DNA from: a candidate division FCPU426 bacterium
Lineage (GTDB): Bacteria > Oederibacteriota > Muellerivitia > Muellerivitales > Muellerivitaceae
Direction: 5' to 3'
DNA: 64,000 nt
Assembly (NCBI GenBank): GCA_963771075.1
Contig: CAVYSE010000005.1
Span: 1 to 64,000 of the forward strand
Shown here: positions 55,325 through 64,000 of the stretch, piece by piece
How the letters are laid out: every line of letters starts with the position of its first letter
Numbering within the stretch: the first letter of the stretch is position 1
Notes under the pieces: generated by a model
Told to the model about the DNA's origin: nothing
The model's input: the letters and a program-made list of their open reading frames with translations, nothing else
Databases searched by the model: none
Program-made: the position numbers and the translations under genes

Positions 55325-56506
55325 ATGGCCATCCAGACCGAATCCAAACTCATCAAGAACTTTCCGCCTTATATTTTCGCCCGTTTGAACGCCGAAAGGC
55401 TGGCGGCCCGGCAGAAGGGCATCGATGTCATTGACTTCACCATGGGCAACCCGGATTCACCGACTCCCCAGCCGATCGTGGACAAGCTGATTGAGGTGGT
55501 GCACGATAAAAAGTCCCACCGTTATTCCACTTCCAAGGGCATCCCGGCCTATTTGAAGGCGGTCTCCCGCTGGTATGACCGCAAATACGGCGTTTCCATC
55601 AACCCCAAGACCGAGGCCGTGTCCGTCATCGGCTCCAAGGAGGGAATCGCCCACCTGGGGTTGGCGGTCATTAACCGGGGCGATCAGGTCTATGTGCCCG
55701 ATCCAACCTATCCCATTCATCAATACAGCATCGTCATCGCGGGCGGGAAGCTTGTCCGAATACCGCTCTTGGGCGGCCCGGAGGATTTCCTGAAGCGGCT
55801 TGAAAAAGCCACTGCCAAGCGCGGCGCCAAACCCAAGATGCTCATCATTAATTTCCCCCATAACCCCACCACCATGTGCGTGGAAGCGGCTTTTTTTAAC
55901 GAAATCGTCAAGTGGGCCAAGCGCCACCAAGTGATGGTGGTGCATGACCTGGCTTATGCCGACATTGTTTTTGACGATTACAAGTCGCCCAGCTTTCTGG
56001 CGACCCCCGGCGCCAAGGATGTGGGCGTGGAGGTCTTCACCCTTTCCAAGTCATACAACATGGCGGGTTGGCGCATCGGGTTCTGCGCCGGCAATGAAAA
56101 GGTCATCGCTTCCTTGGCCCGAATCAAAAGTTACATGGATTACGGAATCTTCACACCCATTCAGGTGGCCGCCATTACGGCCCTGGATAGCCTGGAGGAA
56201 AACCTCCATAAACTGGCGGCTGTTTACCAGGAACGGCGGGATATCATGGTGGACGGCATGAACAAGATGGGCTGGCCGGTGGAGAAACCCCGGGCCGCGA
56301 TGTATCTCTGGGCCAAGATACCCCGCAAATTCGCCCATATGACCTCGATGGATTTCAGCATGCTGCTCTTAAAGGAAGCCGAGGCCGCTGTTTCGCCAGG
56401 TACGGGTTTTGGGAAGCTGGGTGAAGGCTACGTGCGCATCGCACTGGTGGAAAACAAGGACCGGATTCGGCAGGCCTTGAGGAACATCAAAAAACTTTTT
56501 TCATAA
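55325..56506 (+). CDS. Class I PLP aminotransferase (AlaC/DapL-like)
   Basis: 'IGSKEGIAHL', 'NFPHNPT', 'HDLAYAD', 'LSKSYNMAGWRIG'. Confidence 0.9.
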   Translation: MAIQTESKLIKNFPPYIFARLNAERLAARQKGIDVIDFTMGNPDSPTPQPIVDKLIEVVHDKKSHRYSTSKGIPAYLKAVSRWYDRKYGVSINPKTEAVSVIGSKEGIAHLGLAVINRGDQVYVPDPTYPIHQYSIVIAGGKLVRIPLLGGPEDFLKRLEKATAKRGAKPKMLIINFPHNPTTMCVEAAFFNEIVKWAKRHQVMVVHDLAYADIVFDDYKSPSFLATPGAKDVGVEVFTLSKSYNMAGWRIGFCAGNEKVIASLARIKSYMDYGIFTPIQVAAITALDSLEENLHKLAAVYQERRDIMVDGMNKMGWPVEKPRAAMYLWAKIPRKFAHMTSMDFSMLLLKEAEAAVSPGTGFGKLGEGYVRIALVENKDRIRQALRNIKKLFS

Positions 56507-56530
56507 ACCCAGAGACAAGGCAAACATTAT

Positions 56531-57126
56531 TACCACAGAGGTACAGAGACACAGAGAACGGCAAGAATAATTGGATTTAGATAAACCAGAGGCAGTCACC
56601 CAAGACGGCAAACCTTTTTACCATTGAGACATAAAGAAAGCCCTACATGGCGGAAATCCGGAAACCAATACCTGCAGAACTGAATGGAATTACTGCAAAA
56701 ATAGTAGATGCCGCCTATGAAGTGCATTCGGATTTCAGGCCCTGGTTTGATTGAAAGTATTTACGAATCATGTTTGACCTATGAACTGACCCGCCGTGAA
56801 ATAAGATTCGAGAGACAAAAAACAGTGCCAGTTCATTATAAAGACGTTTCCTTTGATCAAGCTTTGCGCGTGGATCTGTTGGTTGAGGATAAAATCATCG
56901 TTGAATTGAAAGCGGTGGAAAAATTATTGCCGGTTCACGAAGCCCAAATTTTGACTTATTTGAAACTTATGGATTGCAGGGTAGGGTAACTTGTTAACTT
57001 TAATGTGCCTTTACTTAAACAAGGGATCAAAAGAATAGTTTTATAATAATGAGTTCTTCTCTGCGTCTCTGTGGTAAAAATGAGGTGTGGATTTTAAAGG
57101 TTGGTTAATGATTCTCTGTGGTGAAA
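56531..57126. repeat. CACAGAG-type inverted repeats enclosing the GxxExxY gene
   Basis: TACCACAGAGGTACAGAGACACAGAGAA (56531-56558) / TTCTCTGCGTCTCTGTGGTAA (57057-57077), plus TTCTCTGTGGTGAAA (57112-57126). Confidence 0.8.
56647..57046 (+). pseudogene. GxxExxY (PD-(D/E)XK-like) protein, disrupted
   Basis: 'IVDAAYEVH', then +1 shift, 'GPGLIESIYE..RVDLLVEDKIIVELKAV..HEAQILTYLK'; in-frame TAA at 56987 before 'LVNFNVPLLKQGIKRIVL'. Confidence 0.85.
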
Positions 57127-57146
57127 TCTCTTTTTTGAGGTGCAAA

Positions 57147-58313
57147 ATGGAAATCTCGATCCGTATGAAGGGTGTGGCGCCCTCAATGACCCTGGCCATC
57201 GACGCGAAGGCGAAAAAATTGAAGGAAGAAGGCCTGGATATCCTCAATTTCGGCGCCGGAGAGCCTGATTTCAACACGCCCGGCCCCATTTGCGAGGCCG
57301 CCAAGAAGGCCATCGACGAAGGCCACCACAAGTACACGCCGGTTCCCGGCACCGTGGAATTGCGCAAGGCCATTTGCCAATACCTGGAAAAAGAATACAA
57401 GGTTAAATACGAACCGGGGGAGATCGTCGCCTCTTGCGGGGCCAAGCATTCCCTCTATAACGTATTCATGGCGGTGATTAACCCGGGGGACGAGGTCCTG
57501 ATCCCGTCGCCTTTCTGGGTCAGCTACCCCGAGCAGGTGAAGCTGGCGGGAGGGGTCCCGGTTTATGTCGAGTGCCCGGAATCGGATGAGTTCAAATTGA
57601 CCGCCGCGTTCCTTCAATCCAAGATCACTCCGAAGACCAAGGCGCTGGTCCTCAATTCGCCCAGCAACCCGACGGGAGCGGTGGTGGGACGCAAGGCCAT
57701 GGAGGGGATCGCCGAGCTGGTCCTTAAACACAAACTCATCGTCATCTCCGACGAGATCTATTCCAAGCTGGTTTACGGGGAAGAACACGTTTGCTTTCCC
57801 TCCCTCTCAAAGGAAATCGCGGCCCAAACGATTCTGATCAACGGCATGTCCAAGGCCTTCGCCATGACGGGCTGGCGTTTGGGTTACGCGGCGGGACCCG
57901 CCAACATCATGAAGGCGGTCGGCGACCTTCAGGGGCAGTCCACCTCCAACCCCACCTCGATCGTTCAAAAAGCGGGCGTGGCGGCCTTGGCCTTGCCCGA
58001 TTCGGAGATCCAGAAGATGGTGGAGGTATTCCGCAAGCGCCGGGACATGATCGTGGATGGCCTGAACGCTATTCCCGGGATTCGATGCCTGAAGCCGGCG
58101 GGCGCTTTTTACGTGTTTCCGAACATAAAGGGGCTCCTGAAACCAGGGCGGGCCACCTCCATGGAGCTTTCGGAATTTCTCCTCGACAAGGCCAAGGTAG
58201 CCCTTACGCCGGGCATCGCCTTCGGCGCGGAAGGCTATATGCGGATGTCCTATGCCACGAGTGAGAAGGCCATTTTGGAGGGCCTGAAGAGGATCCGGGA
58301 ACATGCCGTGTGA
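57147..58313 (+). CDS. aspC: Aspartate aminotransferase (class I)
   Basis: 'AGEPDF', 'NSPSNPTG', 'SDEIY', 'SKAFAMTGWRLGY'. Confidence 0.88.
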   Translation: MEISIRMKGVAPSMTLAIDAKAKKLKEEGLDILNFGAGEPDFNTPGPICEAAKKAIDEGHHKYTPVPGTVELRKAICQYLEKEYKVKYEPGEIVASCGAKHSLYNVFMAVINPGDEVLIPSPFWVSYPEQVKLAGGVPVYVECPESDEFKLTAAFLQSKITPKTKALVLNSPSNPTGAVVGRKAMEGIAELVLKHKLIVISDEIYSKLVYGEEHVCFPSLSKEIAAQTILINGMSKAFAMTGWRLGYAAGPANIMKAVGDLQGQSTSNPTSIVQKAGVAALALPDSEIQKMVEVFRKRRDMIVDGLNAIPGIRCLKPAGAFYVFPNIKGLLKPGRATSMELSEFLLDKAKVALTPGIAFGAEGYMRMSYATSEKAILEGLKRIREHAV

Positions 58314-58405
58314 GGTTGGCGGTATTGGAGGTGCGCGGAAGGGCCCGGAAGGGCTTTCGCTTGAAGTGAACCCCGTTTTCCCCTAATCTATAACTCCTTT
58401 CCTAG

Positions 58406-58441
58406 AAAACGCCCCAAACTCGCTTGGTTTTGGGGCGTTTT
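58406..58441. terminator. Terminator-like hairpin between aspC and hom
   Basis: AAAACGCCCCAAA..TTTGGGGCGTTTT. Confidence 0.55.
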
Positions 58442-58478
58442 GCTATTTATCCCAATTCGATGGTTCGGAGAAAAAGGA

Positions 58479-59801
58479 ATGGCGGACAACAAGTCAATCA
58501 TCCAGGTCGGTATGATCGGTTTCGGGACCGTAGGCCAGGGGGTTTACCGCCTCCTGGAAAAAAACCGGTCCGAGATCGAAGCCAAGATCGGCGCGCCGAT
58601 CCGGATCAAGAAGATCATCGATAAGGACTGGAGCCTGCCGCGGGATGTCTCCGTGCCTGAGGAAATGAAAGGCACCCAGTTCGACGAGATCGTCACCGAC
58701 CCCGATATCGACATCATTCTGGAGCTCATCGGGGGCTATGAGCCCGCCCGCACCTTCATCCTGGACGCCATGCGCCGGGGGAAGCACGTAGTCACCGCCA
58801 ACAAGGCGGTGCTTTCGGTTCATTGGGATGAGATCATCCAGACCGCCCGCCAGCACAAGGTGGACATTTATTTCGAGGCCGCGGTTTGCAGCGGCACGCC
58901 GGTCATCCAGGCCATCAACGATGGGCTCGCCCCCAACAACATCATCTCCATCTACGGGATCCTGAACGGCACCAGCAATTTCGTGCTCCAGAAGATGACG
59001 GAGGAGAAGAAAACCTTCAAGGAAGCCATCCAGATGGCCCAGAAGAAAGGCCTGGCGGAGGCCGACCCCACGCTGGACATCAACGGCATGGACGCGGCCC
59101 ACAAGCTTTCCATCCTGGCCTCCCTGGCCTTTTCCAAGCGCGTCAAGGTCGAGGACATCTACGTGGAGGGGATCGAGCGGATCTCGGCCCAGGACATCGA
59201 CTTCGCCCGGGAAGAATTCGGCCGGGTGGTCAAATTGTTCGCGATCGCCGAGCTGGAAGGGGACGAGCTGGAGGTGCGGGTGCATCCCACCCTCATCCCC
59301 GCGGACCACCTGCTGGCCAAGGTGGATGGCGAGTATAACGGCGTGTTGGTGAAGGGCGACTGGATCGGGACCACCATGTACTACGGGCTGGGCGCCGGGC
59401 AGAGGCCGACCGCCTCGGGTGTGGTTTCGGACCTGATTTACGTGAGCCGGGCCGTGCATGACAACATCGCGGGCGAGATTTCAAACGCCTGGTTTCTCAG
59501 CGACAACCCGCAGATCAAGCGTATCCGTAAGATGAGCGACGTGAAATGCCGCTACTACCTGAAATTCACCGTGCTGGACCAGGTGGGCGTGTTGTCCAAC
59601 ATTTCCCGCATCTTGGGTGAGCACCAGATCTCCATCGCCTCCGTCATCCAAAAAGAGCAAAAGAAGGGCGACAAGGTGCCGGTGGTGATCGTGACCTATG
59701 AGGCCCAGGAAAAGAACGTCCAGGAAGCCCTCAAGAAGATCAACGGCCTTCCTTTCGTGCAAGAAGAGACCCTCCTCATACGCATGGACCGAGGCGAATA
59801 A
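58479..59801 (+). CDS. hom: Homoserine dehydrogenase with ACT domain
   Basis: 'GFGTVG', 'VVTANKA', 'GILNGTSN', 'AEADPTLD'. Confidence 0.95.
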   Translation: MADNKSIIQVGMIGFGTVGQGVYRLLEKNRSEIEAKIGAPIRIKKIIDKDWSLPRDVSVPEEMKGTQFDEIVTDPDIDIILELIGGYEPARTFILDAMRRGKHVVTANKAVLSVHWDEIIQTARQHKVDIYFEAAVCSGTPVIQAINDGLAPNNIISIYGILNGTSNFVLQKMTEEKKTFKEAIQMAQKKGLAEADPTLDINGMDAAHKLSILASLAFSKRVKVEDIYVEGIERISAQDIDFAREEFGRVVKLFAIAELEGDELEVRVHPTLIPADHLLAKVDGEYNGVLVKGDWIGTTMYYGLGAGQRPTASGVVSDLIYVSRAVHDNIAGEISNAWFLSDNPQIKRIRKMSDVKCRYYLKFTVLDQVGVLSNISRILGEHQISIASVIQKEQKKGDKVPVVIVTYEAQEKNVQEALKKINGLPFVQEETLLIRMDRGE

Positions 59802-60863
59802 ATGGCATTCTGGCGCGGCGTCATCGAAGAATATCGTTCCTACCTTCCGGTCTCGGAGAAAACCCCGGTGGTTACCCTGAAAGAGGGCGACACCCCGCTG
59901 ATCTACGGGCCCCGCATTTCGGAAAAGCTCGGGAACGGCTTGAAGGTTTATTTCAAATTCGAGGGTTTGAATCCCACGGGGTCCTTCAAGGACCGCGGAA
60001 TGACCCTGGCCATGTCCAAGGCCGCGGAAGAGGGGGCGAAGGTGGTGGTTTGCGCCTCCACGGGAAACACCTCGGCGGCGGCCGCCGCCTATTCGGCCCA
60101 CGCGGGCATTTCATGCGCGGTCTTCCTGCCCCACGGCTCCATCGCGTTGGGCAAGCTGGCCCAATCCATGATCTATGGCGCCCAGGTTATTGCGGTGGAG
60201 GGGAATTTCGACCAGGCCTTGACCCTCACCCGGCAGCTGGCCGACCAGTACCCCGTCACGATGGTGAATTCCAACAATCCCTACCGCCTGCAGGGACAAA
60301 AAACCGCGGCCTTTGAGATCATCGATACCCTGGGCGACGCGCCCGAATACCACGCCATCCCCGTGGGGAACGCCGGAAACATTACCGCCTATTGGATGGG
60401 CTACCGGGAATACCATGAAAAAGGCCTTTCCAAGCGGCTTCCTAAAATGTGCGGTTTCCAAGCCGATGGATCGGCCCCCATCGTGAAGGGCCACGTGATC
60501 GAGGATCCCCATACCCTCGCGACCGCCATCAAGATCGGCAATCCATTCTCCTGGAAAAAGGCGGAAGAGGCCCGGGACCAATCCAAGGGCTTGATCGAGG
60601 CCGTGACCGACGAGGAAATCCTGGAGGCCTACCAGATGATGGCCTCGATGGAAGGCATCTTTTGCGAACCGGCTTCCGCCGCGTCCCTGGCGGGGGTGAT
60701 CAAGAAGAACAAAACGGGCTATTTCACCGACGGGGAGCGTCGGATCGTCTGTACCCTGACCGGGCACGGCCTGAAAGACCCGGACCGGGCGGTCATGATG
60801 TGCGCCAAGCCCGAAGTGGTGAAGCCTGAAATGGGTTCTATTCTCAAGGCGTTAAAGCTTTAG
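59802..60863 (+). CDS. thrC: Threonine synthase
   Basis: 'NPTGSFKDRGM', 'CASTGNTS', 'PVGNAGNI', 'TGHGLKDP'. Confidence 0.95.
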   Translation: MAFWRGVIEEYRSYLPVSEKTPVVTLKEGDTPLIYGPRISEKLGNGLKVYFKFEGLNPTGSFKDRGMTLAMSKAAEEGAKVVVCASTGNTSAAAAAYSAHAGISCAVFLPHGSIALGKLAQSMIYGAQVIAVEGNFDQALTLTRQLADQYPVTMVNSNNPYRLQGQKTAAFEIIDTLGDAPEYHAIPVGNAGNITAYWMGYREYHEKGLSKRLPKMCGFQADGSAPIVKGHVIEDPHTLATAIKIGNPFSWKKAEEARDQSKGLIEAVTDEEILEAYQMMASMEGIFCEPASAASLAGVIKKNKTGYFTDGERRIVCTLTGHGLKDPDRAVMMCAKPEVVKPEMGSILKALKL

Positions 60864-60873
60864 AAAAAAACAT

Positions 60874-60951
60874 TTACCAAAGAGGCACAGAGACTCAGGG
60901 AAAACCAAAAGGATTGATTTAACCATAAATTCCTCTGTGGCTCTGTGGTGA
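60874..60951. repeat. Inverted pair of CACAGAG-type repeats with no gene between
   Basis: TTACCAAAGAGGCACAGAGACTCAGGGAAA ... TTCCTCTGTGGCTCTGTGGTGA. Confidence 0.75.
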
Positions 60952-60979
60952 GAGGTTTAGATTTAAAAAGGAAAAGAAT

Positions 60980-62212
60980 ATGGCTCTGATCGTTCAAAAA
61001 TACGGCGGTTCCTCGGTGGCGGACGCGGGCAAGATGCTTGAAGTGGCGCGCCGCATCGCCAAGAACCGCAAGCAGGGTAACGAGGTGGTCGTGGTGGTTT
61101 CCGCCCCCGGGGACACGACCGATGACCTGATCGCCAAGGCGCAGCAGATCACCGACACTCCGGACGAGCGGGAAATGGACGTGCTCCTGGCCACGGGCGA
61201 GCAGCAGTCCATCGCGCTCCTCTCCATCGCGTTGAAAAGCATGAACTGCGACGCGATTTCCTTCACCGGTCCCCAGGTGGGCATCGTCACCGACGACGTG
61301 CATACCAAGGCCCGCATCGTGAAGGTGGGGGATTCCAAGATCCGCGCCGCCTTGAACCTGGGCAAGGTGGTCATCGTGGCGGGCTTCCAGGGCGAGAACA
61401 AGGACCATGAGATCACCACCCTGGGCCGGGGGGGGAGCGACCTGACGGCGGTAGCCATCGCGGCGGCCCTGAAGGCCGACGTTTGCGAGTTTTACAAGGA
61501 TGTGGACGGCGTCTTCACCGCCAACCCCAGCATCGTCAAGAACGCGCGCAAGCTCGACGCGGTCAGTTACGACGAGATGCTGGAAATGGCCAGCGCGGGG
61601 GCCCAGGTCTTGAACGCCCGCTCGGTGGAGTTCGCGAAAAACTTCGGCATCAAGATCCATGTAAGGCCGACATTCAACGAAAAGAAAGGGACCTTCGTCA
61701 TGCGGGAAACCAAAGCGATGGAAAAGGTGGTCATCAGCGGGGTGACCTACAATAAAAACGAGGCCAAGATCACGGTGCGGGGCGTGCCGGACCGGCCGGG
61801 GATCGCCTCCATCCTCTTCTCCAAACTGGGGGCGGCGGGCATCAATGTGGACATGATCATCCAGAACATCGGGGAAAAGGCCCACTCCGACCTTTCCTTC
61901 ACGGTGGACCGTTCGGAGCTGAAAAAAGCCATGAAGGTGGTCAACGACGCGGCCAAGATCCTGAAACCCGCGGGCGTGATCGCGGACGAGAACATCGCCA
62001 AGGTGTCGGTGGTGGGGGTGGGGATGCGTTCCCACTCGGGCGTCGCGGCCAAGATGTTCCAGGCCCTGGCCGAGTGCGAGGTGAACATCCTCATGATCTC
62101 CACCTCGGAGATCAAGATTTCCGTGGTCATCGACCAAAAGGACGTGGCCAAGGCGGTCGCGGCCATTCATGAGAAATTCAAGCTTGGGAAAAAACCAGCC
62201 AGCGAAGGCTGA
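60980..62212 (+). CDS. lysC: Aspartate kinase
   Basis: 'VQKYGGSSV', 'TTLGRGGSD', 'DVDGVFTANP', two ACT domains. Confidence 0.95.
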   Translation: MALIVQKYGGSSVADAGKMLEVARRIAKNRKQGNEVVVVVSAPGDTTDDLIAKAQQITDTPDEREMDVLLATGEQQSIALLSIALKSMNCDAISFTGPQVGIVTDDVHTKARIVKVGDSKIRAALNLGKVVIVAGFQGENKDHEITTLGRGGSDLTAVAIAAALKADVCEFYKDVDGVFTANPSIVKNARKLDAVSYDEMLEMASAGAQVLNARSVEFAKNFGIKIHVRPTFNEKKGTFVMRETKAMEKVVISGVTYNKNEAKITVRGVPDRPGIASILFSKLGAAGINVDMIIQNIGEKAHSDLSFTVDRSELKKAMKVVNDAAKILKPAGVIADENIAKVSVVGVGMRSHSGVAAKMFQALAECEVNILMISTSEIKISVVIDQKDVAKAVAAIHEKFKLGKKPASEG

Positions 62213-62308
62213 AAATTCGGGAACCCCGCGATTCCCGCGGGATCTTCGGGGCGGCAGGTTGATTTATCGCGTCGATACAAGCGATGGCAACCCACGAAAG
62301 GTGGAGCG

Positions 62309-63901
62309 GTGAGCGAGAAAATTGTCCTTTACGACGCCCTCTTGCGGGAGGGCCCCCAGACCCAGGGCATCAACATGTCCGTGGAGGATAAGCTGTTGCT
62401 CGCCCAATCCCTGGATGAGCTCGGCTTGCATTACCTGGAGGGGGGGTGGCCCGGGGCCAACCCCAAGGACACCCTCTTTTTTCAAAAGGCCAAGAAATTA
62501 AGGCTTCGGGCGCGCCTTTCAGCCTTTGGCATGACCCGAAGGGCCAAGCACAAGGCCCACCAGGACCCGAACCTGATCAACCTGGTTTCGGCAGGCGTTC
62601 CCACCATCACGGTGGTCGGAAAGACCTGGGATTTTCATGTGACCCGGGCCCTCAATATTTCCCTCGAGCAAAACCTGGATATCATTTTCGATTCGGTCAA
62701 ATTCCTGAAATCAAGGACGGATGAGGTTTTCCTGGACGCGGAACATTTTTTTGACGGCTATAAACATAATCCCGAGTTCTCCCTGAAGTGCCTGGAGTCG
62801 GCGCTCCAAGCCAAGGCCGACTGCCTGGTGCTTTGCGACACCAACGGCGGGTCCCTGCCCGAGGAGATCGAGGCGGTGGTCACGCGGGTCCACCAGCGTT
62901 TTCCCGGTGTTTCCCTCGGCATCCATTGCCACAACGATTCGGACCTGGCGGTGGCCAACACCCTGGCGGCCCTGTCGGCGGGCGCGACCCAGGTTCAAGG
63001 CTGCGTGAACGGCTACGGGGAAAGGGTGGGCAATACCAACCTGACTTCCCTGATCCCGACCCTGGCCCTGAAAAAGGGCGTTTCCTTCCTGCGGCCCGTG
63101 CGCTTGGAAAAATTAACCGAGGTTTCCCACCGGGTGGACGAGATCATGAACCAGAATCCGCGTCCCAGCGCCCCCTATGTGGGCAAGAATGCCTTCACCC
63201 ACAAGGGCGGCATGCATATCGACGCCATGCGGAAATCCAACAAGGCCTATGAGCATATCAACCCGGAACAGGTGGGGAACCAACGCAAACTTGTTTTGTC
63301 GGACCAATCGGGGCTCTCTGCCGTCCTACATCAGGCGGGCAAGGGCCAAATTAAGATCCATAAGAACACCCCTGAGGCCAAAGCCATCATCGAAGAAGTC
63401 AAGAAGATGGAAAATGAGGGCTACCAGTTCGAGGGCGCCGAGGCTTCCTTTGAATTACTGCTGAAAAAGGCCATGGGCAAGCACCATAACTTTTTCGATC
63501 TCGTGGGGTTTCGCGTGATCGATGAGAACCGGGGGGACGGCCTGCTCGTTTCCGAGGCCACCATCAAGGTCAAGGTCAAGGGAGTCATGGAAAACACCGT
63601 GGGCGAGGGGGACGGCCCGGTAAACGCGTTGGATCAGGCCCTTCGGAAGGCCCTGACCAAGTTTTATCCCTCCCTGAAGGACGTGCGTTTGACCGATTTC
63701 AAGGTGCGCGTTCTGGACGCCAAGGAGGGAACCGCCGCCAAGGTCCGCGTCCTTATCGAGAGCCGGGACGACAAGGCCACCTGGGGCACGGTCGGGGTGT
63801 CGGAGAACATTCTGGAAGCCTCCTGGGAGGCCCTGGTCGATTCCATCGACTATAAACTGCTCAAGGACGAGGACCAAAAACGCAAACGGCGGGCTCGTTG
63901 A
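62309..63901 (+). CDS. cimA: Citramalate synthase
   Basis: 'EGGWPGANPKD', 'DAEHFFDG', 'HCHND', 'AFTHKGG.H', 'WGTVGVSENI'. Confidence 0.9.
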   Translation: MSEKIVLYDALLREGPQTQGINMSVEDKLLLAQSLDELGLHYLEGGWPGANPKDTLFFQKAKKLRLRARLSAFGMTRRAKHKAHQDPNLINLVSAGVPTITVVGKTWDFHVTRALNISLEQNLDIIFDSVKFLKSRTDEVFLDAEHFFDGYKHNPEFSLKCLESALQAKADCLVLCDTNGGSLPEEIEAVVTRVHQRFPGVSLGIHCHNDSDLAVANTLAALSAGATQVQGCVNGYGERVGNTNLTSLIPTLALKKGVSFLRPVRLEKLTEVSHRVDEIMNQNPRPSAPYVGKNAFTHKGGMHIDAMRKSNKAYEHINPEQVGNQRKLVLSDQSGLSAVLHQAGKGQIKIHKNTPEAKAIIEEVKKMENEGYQFEGAEASFELLLKKAMGKHHNFFDLVGFRVIDENRGDGLLVSEATIKVKVKGVMENTVGEGDGPVNALDQALRKALTKFYPSLKDVRLTDFKVRVLDAKEGTAAKVRVLIESRDDKATWGTVGVSENILEASWEALVDSIDYKLLKDEDQKRKRRAR

Positions 63902-64000
63902 GCCTGTCACGGAAAGGCACGCGAACCCGTTCGACGGGGGCTTCCCACCGGCCGGTAGGCATCTTCGACTCGGGGCTGGGGGGGCTGACGGTCGTCAAGG
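63898..64000 (+). CDS. murI: Glutamate racemase, 5' part (runs off the window)
   Basis: 'RPVGIFDSGLGGLTVVK'. Confidence 0.85.
   Translation, partial: MSLSRKGTRTRSTGASHRPVGIFDSGLGGLTVVK

Overview
GC-rich bacterial chromosomal window, nearly all genes on the + strand. It opens with an IS30-family transposase and a RAYT/Y1 transposase bounded by inverted repeats that sits between two different truncated genes. Housekeeping blocks follow: gpmA, ribD-ribE-yaaR-ribBA-ribH-nusB, ligA, PiT, secA, xylB, mrdA-rodA, hom-thrC-lysC-cimA-murI. Three things stand out. (1) An arsenic operon (arsC-arsM-acr3-arsC) is headed by a Cys-bearing MerR-family regulator with a MerR-type promoter, and no ArsR is present in the window. 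(2) A chemosensory locus with two sigma54-type promoters has a TonB-dependent receptor, a YfiR-like protein and a CHASE8-like MCP embedded among the che genes, plus an unrecognised ~105-aa domain in three copies, one fused to CheA. (3) Intergenic regions are mosaics of palindromic repeats, including a ~75-bp two-hairpin element that repeatedly sits inside other repeats. Several single-base frameshifts in conserved genes suggest consensus errors, so pseudogene and fusion calls need read-level checks. All calls come from reading motifs by eye; no searches were run.
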